A stretch of DNA of 32,000 nt from Bryobacterales bacterium (GCA_963778675.1 CAVZVI010000014.1:444357-476356); one strand, 5' to 3'. Positions 16,124 to 25,067 are shown, numbered from the stretch's first letter. Notes: a model not told the origin generated them from the letters alone. Made by a program: numbers and translations.

Positions 16124-18052
16124 ATGTCTTACGAATGGTCAGGAGGGCAGGCGCGGACGGGTCGCCGCCAGTCGGAAACGGCCGCTCGGGCCGCCGTGGG
16201 AGAGGTCCGCGCCGCGATTGCCAGGTCCGCCGAGTACCTGTACAGCCAGCAGGCATCAGAGGGCTTCTGGTGCGGCGAGCTCACCGCCGACGCTACCCTC
16301 GAATCGGACTACATTCTCTTGCAACTCTGGCTCCACCAGCCCGACGGCAAGAATTGGAACCCGCCCAGCCGCGTACGGATCGATAGGGCCGCGCGCGCCA
16401 TTCTCGAGCGGCAACTCGCCGACGGCGGCTTCAACATCTGGTCCGGCGGCACCGCCGAAGTCAACGCCACGATCAAAGCCTACTGCGCCCTGAAACTGGC
16501 TGGCGTGCCCATCGCTTCCGATTCCATGCGCCGGGCCCGCGAGCGCATCCTGGCGCTCGGCGGCCTGCAGGCCGCCAACAGCTACGTCAAGATCAACCTC
16601 AGCCTCTTCGGGCTCTATCCCCGCAAGCATGTGCCCTCGGTGCCCCCCGAAATCACCATGCTTCCCGGCAACGTGCTCTACGAGATGTCGTCCTGGACGC
16701 GGTCCATCCTGGTGCCGCTTTCGATCGTCCAGGCCCGCGGATCCAACCGCAAGGCGCCCGCCGGCTTCACGCTCGACGAGTTGATTCTCCCGAACGTGAG
16801 TCTTGCGCTTCCCAAGCGCAAGGGCCTGGCGCTCCTCTTCCACCACCTCGACCGCGTATTCAAAGTCTGGGAGCAGCGCGGCTCCGAGCGCGTCCGCGGG
16901 GCCGCCATCCGCGAAGCGGAGCATTGGATCCTCGACCGCACCCGCCACACCGAAGGCCTCGGCGCGATCTATCCGGCCATGATGTACTTCATCATGGCCC
17001 TCGACGCACTCGGCTACCCCGAAGACCACCCCGACCTCGTCGAAGCCATCCGCCACTTCGAATCGCTGCTGATCGAAACTCCCGGCCGGTTCCAGTTCCA
17101 GCCGTGCGTCTCTCCCATCTGGGACACCGCGATCTGCGCCTTTGCCATGGGGGAAGCCGGCTTCGGCGACGATCCACGCATGAAACAAGCCGCCGACTGG
17201 CTCATTAGCAAGGAGGTCCGCCGCAAAGGCGACTGGTCCGTGAAGCGCCCCGATACCGAACCCTCCGGGTGGGCATTCGAGTTCGCCAACGAGTTCTACC
17301 CCGATATCGACGACACCGCCATGGTGCTGCTCGCCCTCATGCACGCCAGGGGCTCCAACCCCAGGGCCCAGGCCGCCGCCGAGCGCCGCGCCATCAACTG
17401 GCTGCTGGCGATGCAGTCGGAAGACGGCGGATGGGCGGCCTTCGACGTCGATAACAACTGGGCCGTTCTCAACCAGGTGCCTTTCGCCGACCACAACGCG
17501 ATGCTCGACCCCACCTGTCCCGACATCACCGGCCGGGTTGTCGAGTGCCTGAGCCGCCGCGGCCTCGCGCTCGATACCGCCGTGCGCCGCGGTGTTGCCT
17601 ACTTGCTCGACGCCCAGGAAAAAGACGGCAGTTGGTACGGACGCTGGGGCGTCAACTACATCTACGGCACCTTTCTCGCCATGCGCGGCCTGGCCGCCAA
17701 CGGGGCGCCGGAAGCCGCGCCGGCCATCGCGAAGGCCGCGGGCTGGCTCCGCGCCGTGCAGAACCCGGACGGCGGATGGGGCGAGTCGTGCGCCAGCTAC
17801 CAGAAGGATTGCTTCGTTCCGGCTCCCAGTTGCCCCTCGCAAACCGCTTGGGCCGTGCTCGGTCTCGCCGCCTCCGGCGACCGCGAATCCCCCGCCGCGC
17901 GCCGGGGCACACAATTCCTCCTCGACCGGCAGACTCCGAGCGGCGGGTGGCCCGAGGAGGCCACAACCGGCACCGGCTTCCCCAACGTGTTCTACCTCAC
18001 CTACGGAATGTACAGGGATTATTTCCCGCTATTGGCCCTTGCCTCCGTCTGA
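16124..18052 (+). CDS. shc: Squalene-hopene cyclase
   Basis: 642 aa. Contains the catalytic 'DIDDTA' (DxDD) motif in 'FYPDIDDTAMVLLAL' and multiple QW repeats ('QxxDGGW': 'MQSEDGGWAAF', 'AQEKDGSWYGRWG', 'VQNPDGGWGES', 'RQTPSGGWPE'). Confidence 0.92.
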   Translation: MSYEWSGGQARTGRRQSETAARAAVGEVRAAIARSAEYLYSQQASEGFWCGELTADATLESDYILLQLWLHQPDGKNWNPPSRVRIDRAARAILERQLADGGFNIWSGGTAEVNATIKAYCALKLAGVPIASDSMRRARERILALGGLQAANSYVKINLSLFGLYPRKHVPSVPPEITMLPGNVLYEMSSWTRSILVPLSIVQARGSNRKAPAGFTLDELILPNVSLALPKRKGLALLFHHLDRVFKVWEQRGSERVRGAAIREAEHWILDRTRHTEGLGAIYPAMMYFIMALDALGYPEDHPDLVEAIRHFESLLIETPGRFQFQPCVSPIWDTAICAFAMGEAGFGDDPRMKQAADWLISKEVRRKGDWSVKRPDTEPSGWAFEFANEFYPDIDDTAMVLLALMHARGSNPRAQAAAERRAINWLLAMQSEDGGWAAFDVDNNWAVLNQVPFADHNAMLDPTCPDITGRVVECLSRRGLALDTAVRRGVAYLLDAQEKDGSWYGRWGVNYIYGTFLAMRGLAANGAPEAAPAIAKAAGWLRAVQNPDGGWGESCASYQKDCFVPAPSCPSQTAWAVLGLAASGDRESPAARRGTQFLLDRQTPSGGWPEEATTGTGFPNVFYLTYGMYRDYFPLLALASV

Positions 18053-18072
18053 GCGAACATTTTCTTTTAATA

Positions 18073-18101
18073 TTTACGATTTTTCGGGTACAAATTATAC
18101 C
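18073..18101 (+). promoter_or_regulatory. Weak sigma70-like promoter candidate (TTTACG-N17-TATACC) in an AT-rich spacer
   Basis: A 70-nt AT-rich gap separates shc from the next gene. Hexamers lie at 18073-78 and 18096-101 with a 17-nt spacer, each matching consensus at 4/6. Confidence 0.3.
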
Positions 18102-18122
18102 ATTCCGTGACAGAATGCCGCC

Positions 18123-18833
18123 ATGCACTCAGCGGTTCGAATCGGGCTCATCGGAGATTTCAATCCACAGCAAAAGGCACACGACGCTATTCCGAGGGCG
18201 CTGGCAGCGGCTTCGGACGAGGTGGAATGTGTCTGGATCTCAACCGAATCCGCCGGCAAGGGGGAACCGCTGGCGGAGTTCGACGGCCTTTGGTGTGTAC
18301 CGGGTATGCCGTATCGCGACGCCGACGGCGCGTTGCGGGCCATACGGCACGCCCGCGTAAACCGCACGCCATTCCTGGGGACTTCCGCGGGCTTCCAGTA
18401 CGCGCTGATCGAGTTTGCGCGCAACGTGCTGGGACTCGTCGCGGCCGATCACCAGAAGAGCAATCCCAAGGCGGCCCTGCCGCTGATTTCGCCTCTCCCC
18501 TGTGCGCTGTTGGGGGTGAAGTCCCGCGTGAAGTTTACGCCCGGCTCCACGCTCCACCGCGCCTACCGGGCGGGCGAATCGATTGAAGAGTACCACTGCA
18601 GCTTCGGCTTCAACGGCCGGTACCGCCGTCTGCTGGAAGGCCAGGATTTGTGCGTGGCGGCGGTGGACGACCAGAATGAAGTGCGCGCCGTGGAGCTCGA
18701 AGGCCACCCGTTCTTCGTGGCGACGCTCTTCCAGCCGGAGATGCGCCTGGGAGCCGAGTTGAACCCGCTGGTGCAGGCCTTCGCCGCTGTCTGCCTCCGC
18801 CGCGCGCGGGGCGCCAGCAAAGTCGCCGGTTGA
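18123..18833 (+). CDS. Standalone CTP-synthase-C-terminal-like class I glutamine amidotransferase domain, with catalytic Cys and His replaced
   Basis: 236 aa. 'TPFLGTSAGFQYALIEFARNV' aligns with the PyrG '[20 protein letters not shown]' nucleophile elbow. 'HPFFVATLFQPE' aligns with the PyrG 'HPWFVACQFHPE'. Ser (TCC, 18384-86) stands in place of Cys, and Gln (CAG, 18732-34) in place of His. Confidence 0.75.
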   Translation: MHSAVRIGLIGDFNPQQKAHDAIPRALAAASDEVECVWISTESAGKGEPLAEFDGLWCVPGMPYRDADGALRAIRHARVNRTPFLGTSAGFQYALIEFARNVLGLVAADHQKSNPKAALPLISPLPCALLGVKSRVKFTPGSTLHRAYRAGESIEEYHCSFGFNGRYRRLLEGQDLCVAAVDDQNEVRAVELEGHPFFVATLFQPEMRLGAELNPLVQAFAAVCLRRARGASKVAG

Positions 18834-18931
18834 GCATTCGCTGCGCCTGAGCGGCGGGCCGGGCTCACTGGGCCGGCTGGCACGAGACGTGTATCCGCCG
18901 CGAGATTCGGCTATACTTGTCTCAAATTCAA

Positions 18932-19321
18932 ATGGTCCTCCCAAATCCCTCCGCCGCCGATTACGATGCAGTGGAACTCCGCACCGGGCGGCTCCACAAG
19001 ATTCGCCGCTCCGAAGCGCGCATGCTCGGTGAAGACGACCGCATGGTGCAGGTGGCGAAGTGTTACTGCCGCTCGCGCGACGTGCTGACGCCCGCCGAGG
19101 CGGAACTCCAGAGCCGTCCCACTTTCGTCTTCCCGGTGGCGTTCTTCGGCGACCTGGAAGGCCTGATCGGCAAAGAGCTCGAAGGCCGTGTCTATACCGA
19201 CAGCCGGCAGCGGCGCGTTAAATTCTATCTCGACCTCAGAGAGCATGCCGGCTTCCAGCTCGAGGAAGACGACCGCAGCCTCCACAGCCCGTGGTACGAC
19301 GACAGCGTGCTCAAAGAGTAG
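18932..19321 (+). CDS. Hypothetical protein (129 aa), no recognisable family
   Basis: ATG 18932 (TTG 18917 is also possible). Third-position GC bias is like that of neighbouring genes. Ends 17 nt before the VOC-PP2C gene. I recognise no motif. Confidence 0.5.
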   Translation: MVLPNPSAADYDAVELRTGRLHKIRRSEARMLGEDDRMVQVAKCYCRSRDVLTPAEAELQSRPTFVFPVAFFGDLEGLIGKELEGRVYTDSRQRRVKFYLDLREHAGFQLEEDDRSLHSPWYDDSVLKE

Positions 19322-19338
19322 CGTCTATAATCACTCCC

Positions 19339-20595
19339 ATGGATGTCAGGCTCGACCGGCAGCAACCTTTTCTCGGGATGCATGCCGTCAATGTGTATGT
19401 CCGCGATCAGGATGAGAGCCTGCGGTTTTATGTGGATCAACTCGGTTTCCGCCTGGCGTTCGACGCGCGCTTGCAAACCGGGGACCGGTGGGTCGCGGTC
19501 GCTCCGCCCGACGGCACGGCGGTTCTTGCGTTGATTGCCCCAAAGCCCGACTCCCGGGAGTACCACCTCATCGGCCGGTCCACGGGGATCGTTTTTGTCA
19601 CCGAGGACGTCGTCGCCAAGTTCGAGGAGTGGCGCAAACGCGGCGTCCGGTTTCTCTTGACGCCGCGCCTGCGGAGGGTCAGGTACGAACCGCCGCGGAC
19701 GGCAACACCGGAAGAAACGTCGCCGATCTGGGGCGGAATATTTGCCAGGTTCAAGGACGTCGACGGCAACTCCTTCGCGCTGGTGGGCTTCGACGAGGTC
19801 AATCGGGAAATCGAAGCGCAGCGGCGGAGGATTGCCGGGAAACTGGAATCGGAGCGACGCGCCGCGCAGGAATTAGAGATCGCCAAACAGGTGCAGGCCC
19901 GGCTCTTCCCCCAACGGCTGCCGACCCTGGACACTCTCGAATATGCCGGCATTTGTATACAGGCCCGCCAGGTTGGCGGGGACTACTACGATTTTCTCGA
20001 CCTGGGCCGGGGACGCTTCGGGTTGGTGATCGCCGACATCTCGGGCAAGGGAATCGCCGCAGCGCTGCTGATGGCCAATCTGCAGGCCAACCTCCGCAGC
20101 CAGTGTGCCATCGCCGTGGATGAGCTCGAGCGCCTGTTGTGCTCGGTGAACCAGCTTCTTTTCGAGAACACCAGCGAGAGTTCGTACGCCACGTTGTTCT
20201 TTGCCGAATATGATGACAGGCTGCGGCTGTTGCGCTACGCCAACTGCGGCCATCTCGCGGCCCTGCTGTTGCGCCGCGACGGCGCCATGGAAAGGCTCGA
20301 CTCCACCTGCACCGTGCTCGGTCTCTTCGAGGAGTGGGAGTGCGTGGTGGCGGACCGCCGGCTTTCTCCGGGAGATACGCTCGCACTTTACACGGATGGC
20401 GTAACCGAGGCGTTCGATCCCGCCGGCGAGGAGTTCGGAGAGCATCGCCTGGCCGAAGCGCTGTGGAGGCACCGGGACATTCCGGCCCAGGCCCTGGTCG
20501 CCTCGATTGCCGATGAAGTTCGCCGGTTCAGCCCGCACGAGCAGCACGACGACATTACGCTCATCGTCGCGAAATGCCGGGCAAACGCGGGTTAG
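19339..20595 (+). CDS. VOC (glyoxalase/bleomycin-resistance fold) domain fused through a coiled-coil linker to a PP2C/SpoIIE-type Ser/Thr phosphatase
   Basis: The N-terminus 'MHAVNVYVRDQDESLRFYVDQLGFRL...FKDVDGNSFALV' is VOC-like. The linker 'EIEAQRRRIAGKLESERRAAQELEIAKQVQ' follows. The C-terminus 'GGDYYDF...VIADISGKGIAAALLMA...NCGH...LYTDGVTEA...DDITLIV' carries SpoIIE/PP2C motifs with the metal-binding Asp residues present. Confidence 0.8.
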   Translation: MDVRLDRQQPFLGMHAVNVYVRDQDESLRFYVDQLGFRLAFDARLQTGDRWVAVAPPDGTAVLALIAPKPDSREYHLIGRSTGIVFVTEDVVAKFEEWRKRGVRFLLTPRLRRVRYEPPRTATPEETSPIWGGIFARFKDVDGNSFALVGFDEVNREIEAQRRRIAGKLESERRAAQELEIAKQVQARLFPQRLPTLDTLEYAGICIQARQVGGDYYDFLDLGRGRFGLVIADISGKGIAAALLMANLQANLRSQCAIAVDELERLLCSVNQLLFENTSESSYATLFFAEYDDRLRLLRYANCGHLAALLLRRDGAMERLDSTCTVLGLFEEWECVVADRRLSPGDTLALYTDGVTEAFDPAGEEFGEHRLAEALWRHRDIPAQALVASIADEVRRFSPHEQHDDITLIVAKCRANAG

Positions 20596-20607
20596 GGCGC
20601 CGGCGCC

Positions 20608-21978
20608 TCAGGCGACCCGCACGGTCTTGATATTGACGAACTCCCGGATCCCCATCAGGCCCAACTCCCGCCCGTATCCCGAGCGCTTCACGCCGCCGAA
20701 GGGAAGGCGAGGGTCCGATGCCACCATGCCGTTGACGAATACCATCCCCGCTTCGATCTCATCGATGAAGCGCTGCTGCTCGGCCGTGTCGTTGGTCCAT
20801 GCGGACGCCCCCAGCCCGAACGTCGTATCGTTCGCGATCCGTATGGCATCCTCGATATCCGCGGCGCGCAGCAGCACCGCCACCGGTCCGAAGAGTTCCT
20901 CTGTGTACGCGGGCGAATCCGCCGGCACATCGGTGAGCACCGTCGGCTCGTAATAGTTCCCCGGCTGGTGGATGCGGCGGCCGCCTGTCAGCACTCGTGC
21001 GCCCATCTCCACGCTCTTGCGAACCTGTTCGTCCAGGCCCGCCAGGATCTCGGGAGTCGCCAGCGGCCCGACCTGCGTCGATTCGTCCATCGGGTCGCCG
21101 ACCTTGAGCGATTGCATCTGCCGTACGAAGCGGGCCTCGAAATCCGTGGCGATCCGCGAATCCACAATGAACCGTTTGGCTGCGATGCACGACTGCCCGT
21201 TGTTGATCGTGCGGGCCTCCGCCGCGGTCCCCGCCGCGCGGTCCAGGTCCGCCGAGGGCATCACGATGAAGGGGTCGCTGCCGCCCAGTTCGAGCACCGT
21301 CTTCTTGATCCGGCGCCCGGCGTCGCCCGCGACCTGCGCGCCCGCCGGCTCGCTTCCTGTCAGGGTCGCCGCCGCCACGCGCGGATCGTCCAGGACCCGG
21401 GCGACCTGTCCCGACCCGATCAGCAGGGTCTGGAAGGCGTCCTCCGGGAACCCGGCGCGGCGAATGATATCCTCGATCGCCAGGGCGCACTGCGGCACGT
21501 TCGAAGCGTGCTTCAGCAGGCCCACATTTCCCGCCATCAGGGCCGGCGCCGCGAAGCGAAACACCTGCCAGAACGGAAAATTCCACGGCATCACCGCCAG
21601 CACCGGACCGATCGGCTGATAGCGGACGAAGCTCCGTCCGGCCCCTGCTTCGACTGGTTCGTCGGCTAGAAACCGGGCTCCATTCTCCGCGTAGTAGCGG
21701 CACGCCAGGGCGCACTTGGCTGCCTCCGCCCGCGCGCTGCCGATCGGTTTGCCCATTTCCATCGTCATGATGCGGCCTAACCGGTCCCGCTCGGTCTCGA
21801 GGATCTCCGCCGCAGATGCCAGCCAGCGGGCGCGATCGGCGAGCGAGGTGTGGCGATAGGTCCGGTACCGCGCGGCAGCCCGGGCAAGCCGGCCCTCGAT
21901 TTCCGTCTCCGTGAGCGGAGCGAACGTCCGCAGGGTTTCTCCGGTAGCAGGGTTGATGGATGCGATCATCAGTTTCAT
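20608..21978 (-). CDS. NAD(P)+-dependent aldehyde dehydrogenase, succinate-semialdehyde dehydrogenase-like
   Basis: 456 aa. 'PWNFPFWQV', 'VLELGGSDPFIV' (catalytic Glu), 'NNGQSCIAAKRF' (catalytic Cys) and 'PFGGVKRSGYGRE'. Confidence 0.88.
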   Translation of the reverse strand: MKLMIASINPATGETLRTFAPLTETEIEGRLARAAARYRTYRHTSLADRARWLASAAEILETERDRLGRIMTMEMGKPIGSARAEAAKCALACRYYAENGARFLADEPVEAGAGRSFVRYQPIGPVLAVMPWNFPFWQVFRFAAPALMAGNVGLLKHASNVPQCALAIEDIIRRAGFPEDAFQTLLIGSGQVARVLDDPRVAAATLTGSEPAGAQVAGDAGRRIKKTVLELGGSDPFIVMPSADLDRAAGTAAEARTINNGQSCIAAKRFIVDSRIATDFEARFVRQMQSLKVGDPMDESTQVGPLATPEILAGLDEQVRKSVEMGARVLTGGRRIHQPGNYYEPTVLTDVPADSPAYTEELFGPVAVLLRAADIEDAIRIANDTTFGLGASAWTNDTAEQQRFIDEIEAGMVFVNGMVASDPRLPFGGVKRSGYGRELGLMGIREFVNIKTVRVA

Positions 21979-22132
21979 TCTGGCACTGTTGCCCTTTGAA
22001 ACTAACGACTTGTGAGATTACGCAGGCTGGGATCGAACAGCGGCCCGCTCAGGAGAAAAATCCGAAACTCATGCCGCTCTGCTGGTATCTTTATTTTGTG
22101 TCCTGTTTTGTTGCACTTGGCGGAGCATCGCG

Positions 22133-22792
22133 GTGGAAATGCCTGCGATCCAACTAAACCAGAATCGAACGCTGATCGGGGGGTTCGTGCTGGCGGTCCT
22201 TGCCCTGGCGATTTTCTCCTGGCTGGCGTCAAATGTCTGGAGCGGGGAAGCCCTGCGGTTCGATTCTCTCGTGCGCGGGACTGTGCACTCCTGGGCCTCG
22301 CCGCCCCTGACGCGCGCTATGCGGCTGGCAACGTTCCTCGGATCCGCGTTCGTTCTGGTGCCCCTGGGCCTCCTGGCGGCATGGTGGCTGGTGCACACGG
22401 GAAGGCGGCATGCCGCCTGGCTGTTCGCGCTTGCAGTCCTGGGCGGCGAGGTGCTGGAGAATCTGCTGAAGCTCTTTTTCCGGCGGCCCCGGCCGGTCCC
22501 CTTCTTCGGGTATCCGGAGCCCTCTACCTATAGCTTTCCGAGCGGGCACGCCACGCTCTCTTTTTGTTTCTACGGCGTGCTGGCGGTCATCCTGGCCGCA
22601 CGCCTGCGGTCACCGGCGCGGAAAGCCGCGCTCCTGGTGTCCGCCGGACTGCTGGCGCTCGCCATCGGCCTTTCCCGCATCTACCTGGGCGTACATTATC
22701 CGAGCGATGTCCTGGGAGGCTTTGCCGCCGCCGCGATCTGGCTCGGCGCCGTCAACGCCGGCTACCACTGGTGGCTCACTGCCCGTGCGTGA
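22133..22792 (+). CDS. PAP2-superfamily lipid phosphate phosphatase (undecaprenyl-diphosphatase/PgpB-like)
   Basis: 219 aa membrane protein with all three PAP2 motifs: 'KLFFRRPRP', 'SFPSGHA' and 'SRIYLGVHYPSDVLGG'. Confidence 0.85.
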   Translation: MEMPAIQLNQNRTLIGGFVLAVLALAIFSWLASNVWSGEALRFDSLVRGTVHSWASPPLTRAMRLATFLGSAFVLVPLGLLAAWWLVHTGRRHAAWLFALAVLGGEVLENLLKLFFRRPRPVPFFGYPEPSTYSFPSGHATLSFCFYGVLAVILAARLRSPARKAALLVSAGLLALAIGLSRIYLGVHYPSDVLGGFAAAAIWLGAVNAGYHWWLTARA

Positions 22793-23696
22793 TCTGGTTG
22801 TACGCGTCGCGGATCTGGTTTTTGAGCGAGTTCGGCCCGACCCAATGGGAGACCGCCTCGGGCATCTCCACCGAGGCCTGCAGTTCTTCGAGCTTCTTGC
22901 CCTGATCGACGCCGGCCTTCACCGCCTTGTACAGCTCCGTCATGAATTCCGCCTGGCCCGTCATCAGTTCGCGCCCCCCGGGCAGACCGTGGCCCGGCAG
23001 CACGTACTTCACCTTGAGCTTCTCCGCCGCCCGGATCACCACCGGCCAGTTGGCGATGTTGGCGTCCATCGTGGCATTGTAAGGACCGTTGACCACCGCG
23101 TCGCCGGTGCACAGCACTTGCTCCTTGGGGAGGTACACGAACCCGTCGCCCCGCGTATGGGCCCAGCCGAAATGGCGAAACTCCACCTTGCGCGATCCGT
23201 CGTTGAGAACGAACATCGGCTCCTGGATATCCTGCTTCGGCGGCTCCGGGCCGTCGGCCTTCAACTCCGCCACATCGGGACGGCTCTTTTCGGCCTCGTG
23301 CCAGCGTGCGGGCTCCAACCGTTTGAGCTCGTCCGCCACGCCCTGAAACGCAAGCGTGGTGGCGCCGGCCCTCGTCCAGATCACGTTCCCGTAAAGGTGG
23401 TCGCCATGGTGGTGCGTATCGAAGACGTACTTCACCGGCTTGGGGGAGATTCGTTTCGCGTCTGCCATGGCGCCTCGCGCCCCGCTGGGAAAGTTCGCGT
23501 CCACCACGATGAGATAGTCTTTCATCTCGATGATCACGTTGTTGCAGTGGCCCGCATCCATGTCGCCCTCGCGAAACCACACTCCCGGCGCGATGAGGCG
23601 AACGGTTTCAGGATTGGCGTCGGATCTCGATACGAACAGCGCCAGCCCGGCCAGCGCCGCGAATCCAATCAGCAGACAGCCGCGGAGACTCCTCAT
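22776..23696 (-). CDS. Exported MBL-fold metallo-hydrolase
   Basis: Start set at ATG 23696, with GGAAGGAGAG upstream. Signal peptide 'MRSLRGCLLIGFAALAGLALFVSRSDA'. Contains the 'DTHHHGDHLYGN' HxHxDH zinc motif and downstream 'GWAHTRGD' and 'LPGHG'. The 3' end overlaps the PAP2 gene by 17 nt. Confidence 0.8.
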   Translation of the reverse strand: MRSLRGCLLIGFAALAGLALFVSRSDANPETVRLIAPGVWFREGDMDAGHCNNVIIEMKDYLIVVDANFPSGARGAMADAKRISPKPVKYVFDTHHHGDHLYGNVIWTRAGATTLAFQGVADELKRLEPARWHEAEKSRPDVAELKADGPEPPKQDIQEPMFVLNDGSRKVEFRHFGWAHTRGDGFVYLPKEQVLCTGDAVVNGPYNATMDANIANWPVVIRAAEKLKVKYVLPGHGLPGGRELMTGQAEFMTELYKAVKAGVDQGKKLEELQASVEMPEAVSHWVGPNSLKNQIRDAYNQITHGQ

Positions 23697-23803
23697 GACG
23701 ACTCTCCTTCCGCCATACTCTACACCCAATTTCCGTTTCGCGGGCGAATCTTCCGGGCTCGCCCGGACGAGCCTTGTTAAACTGAGATATCCGGAGGAGA
23801 TGC

Positions 23804-25021
23804 ATGTCTGTAAAGCCCCGCCGCGAGGCGGTCGTCGTGGATGTCGGAGGTGTCAAAGTCGGGGGAAGCCATCCCATCGTCGTGCAGTCCATGACGAACA
23901 CCGACACGGTCGACGTTCCCGGGACGGTCAACCAGGTGATGGCGCTGGCCCGCGCGGGGTCGGAACTGGTCCGCGTCACCGTCAATACCGAGCAGGCTGC
24001 CGCGGCGGTGCCGAAAATCGTGGATACGCTGGACAAGTTCGGCGTCCGGGTCCCCATCATCGGTGATTTCCACTACAACGGCCACATCCTTCTGAAGAAA
24101 TATCCCGAGTGCGCCCGGGCCCTTGCGAAGTACCGGATCAACCCGGGCAACGTGAACATCGGCCGGAAGACCGACGACAATTTCCGCACCATGATCGAAG
24201 CCGCGATCGAGTACGGAAAGCCGGTGCGCATCGGCGTCAACTGGGGCTCGCTCGATGCCGCGCTGCTCACCCGCATGATGGACGAGAATTCCCGCCGCGA
24301 CGATCCCAAAGACGCCAGGGAAGTCACCTTGGATGCCATGGTCGTGAGCGCCGTTGAATCCGCCAAAGCGGCCGAAAGCTACGGCCTCGGGCGCGACCGC
24401 ATCATCCTGAGCGCCAAGGTCAGCGGCGTGCAGGACCTGATCGATGTCTACCGCGCCCTGGCGGCGGTGTGCGATTACCCCCTCCATCTCGGCCTCACCG
24501 AGGCAGGGATGGGCAGCAAGGGCATCGTCGCCACCACTGCCGCGCTCGCCCCGCTCCTGCAGGAAGGCATTGGCGACACCATCCGCACCTCTCTGACGCC
24601 CCTGCCGAACGGCGACCGTACGGAGGAAGTGGTGGTCTCCCAGCAGATCCTCCAATCGCTCGGCATCCGCAGTTTTACGCCCCAGGTCACCGCCTGCCCG
24701 GGCTGCGGCCGGACCACCAGCACGTTCTTCCAGGAGATGGCGGACCAGATCCAGACCTACCTTCGGGAGCAGATGCCGAAGTGGAAGTCTTCGAATCCCG
24801 GCGTCGAGACCATGCGCGTCGCGGTCATGGGCTGCGTGGTCAACGGTCCGGGCGAATCCAAACACTCCAATATTGGAATCTCCCTGCCGGGCACGTTTGA
24901 AGAACCCAAGGCCCCGGTCTACGTGGATGGCCGTCTGATGCTGACCTTAAAAGGCGACCGGATCGTGGCGGAATTCATCGACATTTTGAACGAATACGTG
25001 GCAAGTCACTACTCCTCGTAA
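23804..25021 (+). CDS. ispG: 4-hydroxy-3-methylbut-2-en-1-yl diphosphate synthase (MEP pathway)
   Basis: 405 aa. '[19 protein letters not shown]', 'RINPGNV', 'ACPGCGRT' and '[11 protein letters not shown]' Fe-S cysteine motifs. GGAGGAG RBS at 23793-99. Confidence 0.92.
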   Translation: MSVKPRREAVVVDVGGVKVGGSHPIVVQSMTNTDTVDVPGTVNQVMALARAGSELVRVTVNTEQAAAAVPKIVDTLDKFGVRVPIIGDFHYNGHILLKKYPECARALAKYRINPGNVNIGRKTDDNFRTMIEAAIEYGKPVRIGVNWGSLDAALLTRMMDENSRRDDPKDAREVTLDAMVVSAVESAKAAESYGLGRDRIILSAKVSGVQDLIDVYRALAAVCDYPLHLGLTEAGMGSKGIVATTAALAPLLQEGIGDTIRTSLTPLPNGDRTEEVVVSQQILQSLGIRSFTPQVTACPGCGRTTSTFFQEMADQIQTYLREQMPKWKSSNPGVETMRVAVMGCVVNGPGESKHSNIGISLPGTFEEPKAPVYVDGRLMLTLKGDRIVAEFIDILNEYVASHYSS

Positions 25022-25058
25022 CCGAACGGGGGTCTGAGGCATCGGATGAGTTACGGCT

Positions 25059-25067
25059 TGGTATAAT
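25059..25067 (+). promoter_or_regulatory. Extended -10 promoter element TGgTATAAT upstream of yjbQ
   Basis: A perfect TATAAT at 25062-67 is preceded by TG at 25059-60. It sits in the 123-nt ispG-yjbQ spacer, about 78 nt upstream of ATG 25145. There is no good -35, which is acceptable for extended -10 promoters. Confidence 0.45.

Noticed and set aside
18131-18150. A tRNA T-loop-like 'GGTTCGAATCG' (similar strings occur at about 6851 and about 11445).
   Set aside because: All of them lie inside confident CDSs. No acceptor, D or anticodon stems can be drawn around them.
21981-21992. TGGCAC...TTGC, resembling a sigma54 -24/-12 promoter, between the aldehyde dehydrogenase and PAP2 genes.
   Set aside because: The GG-to-GC spacing is about 3 nt too short for the TGGCAC-N5-TTGC consensus. 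A second TGGCAC at about 10344 also lacks a TTGC at the correct distance.
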